A stretch of DNA of 63,372 nt, the filler included, from Folioceros fuciformis (lineage: Eukaryota): the NCBI GenBank assembly GCA_049999805.1. It is 4 parts of 3 records of this genome, joined end to end, with 100 filler letters (N's around TTAATTAATTAA, not from the genome) between each part and the next. Parts side by side here need not be neighbours in the genome. Positions count along the whole stretch, not along the records: positions 47,836 to 62,057 come from JBNGIO010006225.1; 3 more parts are not named here. One strand, written 5' to 3'. The position numbers and the translations under genes are program-made. Position 1 is the stretch's first letter. Every line of letters begins with the position of its first letter. This document shows positions 52,601 through 62,157 of the stretch, in pieces. The notes below the pieces were generated by a model. That model had not been told where the DNA came from and did not search any database. It was given only the letters and a program-made list of their open reading frames with translations.

Positions 52601-54057
52601 AGAAAACCCATATCCAGCAAGTGGGTGTTTAAGCTAAAACTTAATGCAAAAGGTGAGATTGCCAGATACAAAGCCAGGTTAGTAGCACGTGGATTCACAC
52701 AAGTTGAAGGTTTAGATTACCAAGAGACGTTCTCCCCTGTTGTGAGAGCGCAATCTATCAGAATGATAATATCCCTTGCAGCAGAATTTGATTTGGACTT
52801 ACAACAAATGAACGTTTGTACTGCCTTTCTATATGGAGCACTGGATGAAGACTTATATATGATGTAGCCTGAAGGCTATGAAGACCCTAAGCATCCCAAG
52901 AAAGTCCTCAAGCTACTGAAGACAATCTACGGCCTAAAACAGAGTGGCCGTGTTTGGTACCTAACCATTCATGAATATCTGATTAGTAGTTCTTTCATAC
53001 AGAGCGCTGCAGACAGTAATGTATACAAGTTGACAAAAGGTGATGACTATGTTGTTCTAGCCTTGTACGTCAACGATGTAATACTTGCTACAAACAACCA
53101 AAAGCTGCTAGCAGAAGTTAAGGAAATGCTAAACAGCAAGTTTGAAATGAAAGACATAGGCGAGCTTAAGTTTTGTTTGGGGATCCAGCTCTTAAGAGTC
53201 AGAGCAGAAAGGCTTATCATAATACATCAATATCAATATGTTCAGGAGCTGTTGCAAAGGTTCAAATTAGAACAGGCGAGACCTTCTACTACTCCCTATG
53301 CTTTGGGGACTAAACTTACTAGCCAGCAGTGTCCTCAAGCAGCTGACGAAAATAGGAAGATGTCACAGGTGCCCTACAGGCACGCCATAGGGAGTTTAAT
53401 ATTCATAGCAAACTGGACACGCCCCGACATACAGTATTCAGTCAGCACCCTATCACAGTTTCTAGAAAATCCTGGCAGAGTGCACTAGATTGCAGCAAAG
53501 CGTGTATTCCGGTATCTAAAGGGGACACAATGCTATGGGCTTGCATTCAGAAGCAGTGGTGAGGGCAAGCTTACGCTGAGGGGGTTCACTAATGCAGATT
53601 GGGCGTCAGATACTGAGTCCCGTCGCAGCTTGTCCACATATTGTTTTCTTCTATCCTCTGCAGCCATCAACTGGAGCTGCAAAAAGCAAACTTCAGTGGC
53701 GATATCCTCCACAGAGGCCGAATATAAAAGTTTAACAGAAGCCTCTAAGGAGGTTGAATGGGAGTGTACCTTCTTGTCTGATCTCGAACAAAAGCAGACA
53801 GCGCCAATTCCCATTCTGTGTGATAATATGTCAGCAATTGAGCTTGTGGCCAATCCCAAATTTCACGCCAGAACCAAACATATTGAAATACAACATCATT
53901 ATATAACGGATGTTGTTGGCGTGAGATAGTTAAGGTGAGCTATGTAGCAACAGACCAAAACACTGCTGATATTCTCACGAAAGGCCTTCCTAAGCACAGA
54001 CATTATGAACACATGGAAGGACTCGGGCTACTTGACTTCTCAGAGTATTTGGGATAG
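49645..54057 (+). pseudogene. Copia gag-pol polyprotein, disrupted
   Basis: CNWCSIAEHWAREC knuckle, WYLDSGATSH protease, WHARLGH / LVHAD / RTDNG / TPQQNG integrase, YKARLVARGF RT, SSTEAEY RNase H. Frameshift at ~50800, several TAG stops, and catalytic D>N and E>K changes. Confidence 0.93.
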
Positions 54058-54921
54058 TGAGCTGCAAACTTATCTGGTTGAAGGGGGGTGGAAGCCTTGC
54101 TCCCTGATTGTGCTTTTCGCACAAGTTCTCAACCAGACAGCCTGCAACACTATGTCCGCCTTGGAGTTAGTCCCTCTCAGTCTTTGACACACATGAGCTG
54201 CAGAAGGATGAAGCATCACACTTACCTAATCTTCTGTCCAACTCGTGCTTTTTTTTAAGTCAGCTCTAATTAAACCCGACTTCTCTCATCCTGTTCAGCA
54301 GCCTGATGGTGTCTTCAAGCTGCTTCACAAGACCTTGTCTTCCCTCTTCACTTTCTTCAGGACTTGGAGGTTTGGATTTCCTAGCGTCCTTTTTCTTCAC
54401 CTTCCCTATCACTAGGGACACATACATCTCTACGTGGTAGCTGCCTAGTTGCACATATTGTCCCACGATATGTTTGCTGTCCCACTCCCAGCCTCTCGCG
54501 ACTTCGTCCCGTCCTAGGGACACCACTTCTTATGAGGAGGCTTCTATGTTTGAGGTTGTGGGCTGGGGACTAGCAACTCTTTGCCTCTTATTCGCAGGAG
54601 GCTGTGTGTGAAGCTCCTTGCCACTGCGAGTTCTCATGACAGCCAAGCGCAGCAGATGAAGAAACACAAACAGTACCAGCTCAATTGCAGCAATCTTGGA
54701 AGCAAGATTGGTTGCCATCTTGTGCACCGACACCGACTTCTTGTTACGTCTCCTCGGCGCTGTCCTACAGAATTCGAAGGGGCGTGCTGCCGCCAGTTTC
54801 GCGTGAAGCAGAGCGTGATGATTTTGTTTTTAATTGCTCGCTGTCCTTCCTTATGTCCTGTCCTTCAGTCTCTGTGCACGCCAACTTAAGTTGCGCTGAC
54901 ACGGCTACACCTAAGAGGGAG

Positions 54922-55169
54922 TGTTAAAGGAAATTACCCTTAGCCTATGTCTACGGTGATTTCGTGAATAGGTTAGAAAAATCTCATTTAGGGTTGACTA
55001 GTGAACCGACACCATTGGGATGTTTTTTTTAAGACAGTTTACATTCTTTGTAGGTGAGATAATGTATGATTATTCAATAAGAAATAGATACATGTTTTTG
55101 TACAAGAGTTCTGGCCTCCCAACTCTCCTCTAACACCTATCATAGATGACTATCATCAGTTAGTTCACA
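54922..55169 (+). repeat. 3' LTR (248 bp)
   Basis: Direct repeat of 48239-48485, preceded by the PPT. Confidence 0.95.
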
Positions 55170-55918
55170 CATATGCATGCGGCAGCGGCGTACCCTGGAG
55201 CCCGTGGCTCTGAGCGGATAGCTCTAGACCAAACAATGTTCCCACAAGCACGTTCTTTTGCTCCCTCATATCTATTTGAACCAATACAATACACTCTTCT
55301 GAAAGCGTCTCAACAACACCTTATTTTTCCCAACCCAAGTAAGAATGGCTCCGCGATTGGAGATGTGCTCTCAATCTGTTCGACATCAAAATGCGCCTAC
55401 AAAAAGGTTTCTTGTTATGTCCTGCTCATTTTTAAAAAACGATATCGCACCTCTCTAAATCCTGGTTTACCAAGCAGTCTCAGACATTGTCTCATACAAC
55501 ATATCTTTCTATAATCAAGGGAAATGCGAAGCTTTGAACACTTAGCCTCTGGTATTGTTGAAGGTCTCTTCCGCCGATATCATCGATGATGTAAGGGTGT
55601 TTCGATCATTGACTCCGACGCCGGCTTCCGATTAAAGGTCGACCGTTGGCTAGGTGTTTGTCTTGAATCCGAACACTCTTGACTGCAACGCCCTTCTTCA
55701 TTTGCATTCATGAAATCGTTCACTTCCTGCATATGTGTTCCAGTACCTAGGCCCCAACCTTCTGTGCCACTCCCTCTCGAGAACCTACGAACATCGGCGT
55801 TTCTCTGTAGCGGTGTAGTCTTCATCACTGTGCCCACAAATGAATGTCGTAGAGATGACGGGCTTGGAGAACTATGCACTTCATCCAGAAGACTGAGACA
55901 GATTGGTGACGACCTCAA
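55170..55918 (-). pseudogene. Probable N-terminal part of a Sola/DUF7869-like DNA transposase, truncated by the Copia LTR
   Basis: Read-through of ORF 55580-55918 gives KICCMRQCLRLLGKPGFREVRYRFLKMSRT*QETFL*AHF...FLLGLGKIRCC*DAFRRVYCIGSNRY. This fits the CCxxxC..R..F....Q..FL / xCxxAFxxxYxIxxxR pattern I associate with these transposases; the catalytic domain is not in view. Confidence 0.45.
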
Positions 55919-56225
55919 CTCCTCAAACTAATGTATGGAAGGATGGTCTCCTGGGGATTAAAATCATCCACGGATTAGTAAAGCAGAAGCAAATCATAGT
56001 CATGTGAATCCAAGGTCACAAAGAATTGTCTGCTCTTCCAAACCTTTGTTGCTACTATCTTCATAGAAATTCTCCATACCGCAACATGATGATGAAGGTT
56101 TGTTTGCCATGGAAGCATGAAGAACAAAGTGTGCGTATACACTTCGGCTTGGCTGGCTTTCAAATGTCCAGCGTTGTAACAAGGCCCTACACCAAGTCCC
56201 GAAGCGCGGGTGATTAATGCAATCA

Positions 56226-56378
56226 GAACGTTAGACCAAAAATAGAACTAGCTCTTCTGCGAGAATTGACGCTGGAAACGACCATTATCATGCTATTTCG
56301 ATTTGAACGTTTGAGTCAAAATAGAACTAACTGTTCAGCGAGAATCACCGCCTGATACGACCTGCATCGCGCTATAAA
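56226..56378. promoter_or_regulatory. Two diverged 79-bp direct repeats ending in TATAAA, between divergent ORFs
   Basis: gaacgtt..caaaa(a)tagaacta..gcgagaat..acgacc..gctat at 56226 and 56305; TATAAA at 56373-56378, ~85 bp upstream of ATG 56461. Confidence 0.55.
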
Positions 56379-56460
56379 TGCATTGGCGGTCGGTAACAGT
56401 GGATATTCGGTTTCAGCTGAACAGTTCGTTTTCGAATTCTTTCTCGTACAAATCCGGTGC

Positions 56461-59400
56461 ATGGGCACCTCTTCTCCAACTGCTTCCATCACCAGAAAAG
56501 ACTACGTGCTATGCAACTCTTCCCTTGTTGGGTGGACACCAATGGCATCTAGTCGTCGTAGCAACAAACTTCAGCTTGTGGAGAGGGATGTTTAGGCGCT
56601 TCCACGAGTACGAAAGCAAAGGAATGCCAGGAGAGCAACTGTGCGAGCATCGTTTGGTCACAACACTGACAGAGATGGACACCGACCTACACCACCCGCT
56701 GGCGAAGAGGCTACTCCCATCGCCCAGACCGCCGGAGGAAGAAAGGATAACTCAGGTGGGAGCGTGAGAGCGTCCAATTCAAAAGCAAGCGAAGGACCTT
56801 TGAACCACATTCCGCTAACTCTGAATCACAGAGGCAGTACAAGAGGCAGTCAAAATTACAACATTCTGAATGCCTACAACTTTGTAGAGCGATTGAGACT
56901 GAAGAAGTAACAAGACACTCTGGCCAAAAGATTCAACACTGATAAGGAATGGTTTTTGATAGCTGAAGATGAGCCTGATGACTTGAACTTGCCGGGGTTT
57001 CCTCTTGTTGCTCTATGGGTGAATGGGTTTCAAGGTTTGGTGGAGGACAAAGCAGGAAGGGCAGGATGGATTCTTTGTGCGCCTGTGGACAGTGAAGACG
57101 ATGAAACTCACTTGAATTTCATCCTCACCCGTCACCCACCAAGCCACATTACGGATGACTACGACAGTCACAGTTTAGTGGTTGTGAATGTTGCGAAAGC
57201 CATACCTTGCCGATGGGAACCGCTATGGATGAAAAACACGCTAAGAGATTGTCTGTTCTTGAAGGATGTAAGTGGTCTTATAAGCTTAAAAGGTTAAAAT
57301 GTAATTACCAAGAATTATCATAAACCCTAACTTTTGTGATTGTTTTTTCACTAATTAGGGTGGAGAACAGTTTTGTCGAACAATTTTGCGGTGTGTAGGG
57401 GACGCGGTGCTGAAGAACAGGGCTCTTGTGGTGTGGCTTGCAGGGGAGCGGCAGCGGAAGACGGCGCAAGCAGAATTTGGAGTCCTCAACACTCATGTAG
57501 TAGGATTCGTGAAAGACAATCAGGACATGCTTCGTATGCAACCTGAGATTTCAGAAGAAAAGGCACCCTACGTTCACGAACTCAGCGAAGAGCAGGAAGT
57601 CAAGGAGATGGCTCAATACTCCTTAGCTGAAGACAGTTTGAATGATGCTCTGGAGACTCCTCGCAATTCTTGCGAGGGTGATGCATCTGAGGAGGAGTCT
57701 CCTGTGGAGATCACTCCACCGCGAAAGAGGGTGACCTAGGGGCGCCGGTCTACTAGCGCACCAGAGCAGCGGAAGAGGAAAGCATCAGCGTCTCCTGCGA
57801 AACAGCGGAAAATGACATTCGGTGAGGCTGTTGTGTGCAAGCTGAGTATTTTGCTTTGGATTTGTTTCTAGCTTCCTGGATTCTGTTGCTAAAACATTGA
57901 CCATTGACCCCGATGTTCCTCCTCTTGTATGTCTCCACAGCCGAAACGGCGAAAAGCAGCAGGCACTGCAACAAGAGGGCAAGCAGCGAATCAAAAGAGA
58001 CGGAAGGGCGGGGCATTGCACCAGGTGCAGCCAGAGCCAACCCGGGCATTGGAAATAGACACAGAGAGGTTTGAGAGATAGCGCAAGATGAGGACTACCT
58101 GAATGGGATAAGGAAGAAGGCCCATGCCAAGAGGATAAGGTCCACAACGTTTGATCTACATGTGGATATTTTGTATCTTGCCTCTTTTATCACCTCTGAC
58201 GCACAAATAAGGCAGGCAGATGAAGCTTGGATGAAAAGCTTAGTGAGGCAGATGTAGGCTGGGTCCGTTAAGGAAGGGATCTTGCCCCTCCTGTGTATAA
58301 TTGATCCTAAGCAAGCAGCGAGCAAGGAAGAAGTTTCCTTGGATAGGATCACGGCGCAGCAGTACTACATGGGAGTCTTAGGGGGCAACCACTGCTTTGC
58401 AACCATGTAGAAACTCCATTAGATGTTCCCCGCAGAAGATAAGTATGAATGGATGGAAGGGCAAGTGTATGGTGGGTTGACAGAGGAAGAGATGAGGGTT
58501 CTTGCTATCGACCACAATGTCTATGTAGACAAGCGGAAGAGGATGGGATTTATTGAGCAGGTGCGATATATCCATGACGAGCTTGACATTTTCTTCAGGA
58601 ATCATTTAGGAGAAGAGAAGCCACCAGTCAAGTGGAAGTTCAACCTATACAAGTTGCTAGGGATGATTGACGAAGGTGGAGATCCCCACGACACAGACTG
58701 GGTGCAGAAGATGGTGGACAGGCAGACCTTGCCATATCGGGTAGCTAGATGCACAGGTGTTTTGTGGGACAATGTGGATAGGATCTTCAGAATGTGGGAA
58801 CAGTGTGAGCTCCCAGAGCAGAAGAGCATGGTAACAGCCGGGACCACAAAGAGGGCAAAGGCAAAAAGGAAGACAGGAGATTCTGCCTTGCAAAGTTCTG
58901 TTACCCAGGTTACCGAAGACAGCAGCAGGAGGCCAGGAGCTATGCAAGGTAGGCCATGGAGAGCCTTTCAAGGCGGCCCAACAGGTGTCAAGGGAGAGGA
59001 GATGTTGATAGCGGTGACGCAGAAGGTCATCTAGGGGAAGCTTCAACTGCGGGACATGGACATTGAAGTGGGGAAGAAGAAGAAGATACACCTGATCCAA
59101 CATGCCTTCCGACTGGCAATGAAGTGTGAAACATTTGAGGAGGCCGAAGAGATGTACCCGAAGCACACAAAAGATGGTCATCTCTTAAAATTCCAGACTG
59201 CCTTCGCCAAAGTTTTTCCATTCATTTCTCGTGTTACTTATTCGGTTCCTTAAGCAGGAGTGCGCCAGTAGACCGACACACTCTTGTCTGCATAAGCAGG
59301 AGTGCGCCAGTCTACCGGCGCACTCGAGATGGCTGAGGCTCAAGTGCGTCGGTCTACCGACGCACTGCTGCAAGAGCGGGCCCAAGTGTGCCGGTAGACC

Positions 59401-60805
59401 GGCGCACTCAAGCCCTGTGGAGCTCGAGTGCGCCGATCTACCGGTGCACTAGGCCTTGCACTGAGTCCAATGCGCCAATAGACCGGCGCCTTGGAGCTCC
59501 AGCGGTCTCGAGTGCGCCGGTCTACCGGCACACTCATGTATGTTCATGCTAAAGTAGCTGTATCGGTAGCCAGACTAACGTTTACCATTCTGGTTGCAGA
59601 AACCCTCAGAGATAGCGGACTTGAAGTCCCTCCCAAAGCCTTTTCATGATTTCGTTTATTCGGCAAAAAACTGGAAAAGGATGGAAGAGGAGAAACAGAA
59701 GTTGACGGCAGCGGATATGGAAGCAGGGCTGCCAGATTTTTGGGTTTCAGCGAGTAACTCAAAGGTAAAATACCAGGTTATTCAAAGGAATGTACTAGAA
59801 ATGAAGGCATTCCTTGTCAAACGACCCTACACGCTGCTATTTGCAGACCTGCCTCGGGGCTTACAACGTCATGAGTATGACAGGCAAATGACGGTGGAAG
59901 ATTTGGATGAAATTCTCCAAGGGTTTAGTGAATGCACCTCGAGCAATATTTTTAGGGTTATTCTAATGCACGGAGTAGACATGATTTCGGAAGCAAAGGA
60001 GGTACTGCGGCCATGGTGCAAGAAGGGCAGCATCCAGACATTGGTATGGGAGAAGACGAACATACCCCCAAACGCAGGAGCTGTGGAGACAGTTGAGTAT
60101 GTCACGGTTGGGAGTGCAATTCACACAGAGGCTCAGGAATCGAAGGCTGCACTATTTGCGAATCATGGATTTCTGCTCCCAAGGGTTATAAGGCATGGAG
60201 TGGTGGTGACGAAGCACCTCTTTCATTCAGCAGATGCGCATATTGTCTCCCCTTACCGAAAACCATTAGGGTTGATGCGTATGCTGATTAACATGTTTTT
60301 GTGTGAGGGAGACTAGGTGGTTGATGCATGCGCAGGCTCTGAATCTCTCCTCCAAAGTGCAGTTCAACAGGGAAGGCATGCGGTTGCGATCGATGTGGAT
60401 GTCAGGTGCACATCATATATCATGCAGCGGATTATCGGGCTAGGGTCTTTGCCTGACGCAGATGAGGACATTACTACAGAGGCGTTTACGTGAGGCCCAT
60501 CAAAGTTTTGGGCGAAGGAAGTGTGCGGTGATGGGAGCGTGGACCACAAACTAATGGTATTCAGTATGTTGGGTAAGAAAGAAGAGGACATACACCAGAT
60601 TGATGATAGGCTTGCAGAAGACCTTTACGCCATCACTATCTGGGATGAGAATTGCACCCTACCGCCTCAAACTACAGAGGACCCCAACTTTTCAGTGCTT
60701 CGAGTGGGTACCGATGACTTCGGCAATACAGATGCACAACGCTTGAATGATTTGGATGTAGTTGTGGACTCCGAAGCCAACCAGGATGATCCTGTTTTCG
60801 TTTGA
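56461..60805 (+). pseudogene. ParB/Srx-like domain + beta-class N6A/N4C DNA methyltransferase fusion; predicted exons 56461-57267, 57359-57821, 57941-59211, 59600-60805
   Basis: Three GT-AG introns join all ORF pieces into one 1,249-codon frame with 10 point stops and no frameshift. ParB-like QIRQAD..LVRQM / VLGGNHC(R)FA / VYGGLTEEEMRVLAIDHN. MTase TLLFADLPRG, LVWEK, PYRKPLGLMRMLI..EGD*VVDACAGSES..QGRHAVAIDVD. Confidence 0.8.
59258..59535. repeat. Array of seven 26-bp palindromes (GAGTGCGCCGGT-AG/CT-ACCGGCGCACTC) at exact 42-bp period with 16-bp variable spacers
   Basis: Units start at 59258, 59300, 59342, 59384, 59426, 59468 and 59510, inside predicted intron 59212-59599. Confidence 0.95.
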
Positions 60806-61027
60806 GAATACACTTGATTTAATTTGAATTGGTATAATCTTAACTTGAAGTACTTTGAAAAATTTGACCGGCGCACCATATGTTTAGGGTTGCAAAATAT
60901 CAAGTTTTGCATAGAAGACTCAAATTGTTTTTTTTCAGTAATTTTGGTTTTATTGACCTATGCAGCAACAAAAAAATTCAGATAAAATGCGCAAAATGGG
61001 CGTTGTGGAATCCGCCTGTCTGGCTTA

Positions 61028-61500
61028 GACCATGTTCTCTTGTCTCATTCCCCAGAGGGCCTCTAAAAGCAACTAGACATATTGTCAAGCTTTTCTGAGG
61101 CTAGAGACTTGGAGGTAAACCTCAAGCAGACCAAGGTCATGTTCTTCGATCGGCGGGATCCAGTTAACCACAATCTAAAGTTCTTCTATAATGGCCAGCC
61201 GGTGGAGGTTGTGCGGTCTTATGTCTACTTGGGTGGTGCTATCTATGGTCCAACACTCCAATGGAAGCTCTCTGCCTCAACTCATATTCTCAAGGGTGTG
61301 GCATCGGCATGTGGGGTGCAGAGACAATGCACTCGGATGTACATCAAGGACATCCCCACCCAACAATGGTTGTTTAACACAGTTGTGGTTCCTTCAGCAA
61401 TATATGTAGCGGAGTTTTGGGGACCTTATCTCTCACTCGATGATCGGTCCAAAGTGAAGGAAGTTCAGACATCCTTTCTTTCTTCAGAACTCCGTAGTCA
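61028..61500 (+). mobile_element. LINE (RTE-like) reverse transcriptase C-terminal fragment
   Basis: VLLSHSPEGL*KQLDILSSF..LEVNLKQTKVMFF..VEVVRSYVYLG..LFNTVVVPSAIYVAEFWG. Confidence 0.85.
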
Positions 61501-62157
61501 AGCGCTCTTGGGCTGGATCAGTATTGGGATGGGTGACCTCCCGAGAAGTCCCGGTGCTGCACGCTTCCTTTCTCGCTTCCTGCAGAACTTTCCAATTTTT
61601 GCTTTTTTGCTCTTTCTTTTTCTTCCTGTTTCTGCTTTTTCTTCTTTTCTTGGGTCGTTCCCCCATAATAGGTAGCAAACGCTCAAACCTTTTTCTCCCT
61701 AAACAAGGGAAACAACGAAATGAAAAAATCTTCTACCTTTTTCTACCTATTTCTACCTAAAAAAAGAATCTTTTTTCCCAAAAGGCATGTAGTTTAATTC
61801 TGTTTCTTGGTGTGTTTCCTTCTCATAAAGCTGTTCCCTTCTTTGCGGCTTTTGTAACCTTGAAGGCAAGTAGTTTGTGTAGTCCTTTTTCGTTGCCTAT
61901 TGTTTTCTTTAAGGGCATGTACTTTAGTTCTTTCCTCTACGTGTTCTTTTCCGTGTCTTTCTATGATTTAGGCTTTCCTAAAACCCATGTACTTTAGTTT
62001 ATAAAGGCCCCTAAACCCCCAAAAGCTTAGGCTTTCAAAACAAACTTTACTTTATAGNNNNNNNNNNNNNNNNNNNNNNNNNNNNNNNNNNNNNNNNNNN
62101 NTTAATTAATTAANNNNNNNNNNNNNNNNNNNNNNNNNNNNNNNNNNNNNNNNNNNN

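Larger units (their letters stand above)
48239..55169 (+). mobile_element. Two-LTR Ty1/copia retrotransposon, inactivated, no target-site duplication
   Basis: LTRs 48239-48485 and 54922-55169 (TG..CA), PBS TGGTATCAGAGCC at 48486-48498, PPT aagagggag at 54913-54921, gag-PR-IN-RT-RH order. Confidence 0.95.

Noticed and set aside
59258-59535. CRISPR array (palindromic repeats with unique spacers)
   Set aside because: Spacers are only 16 bp and partly related to each other in inverted orientation. Repeat orientation flips, there are no cas genes, and the array lies in a spliceosomal intron. It is kept as a phased binding-site array instead.
60998-61029. Helitron-like 3' hairpin
   Set aside because: Only a 4-bp stem (ggcg/cgcc) and no CTRR end.
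61051-61066. GAG..CTC as a Sola-type terminus of the ParB-MTase element
   Set aside because: These bases encode the LINE RT motif SPEGL, so they belong to the LINE.
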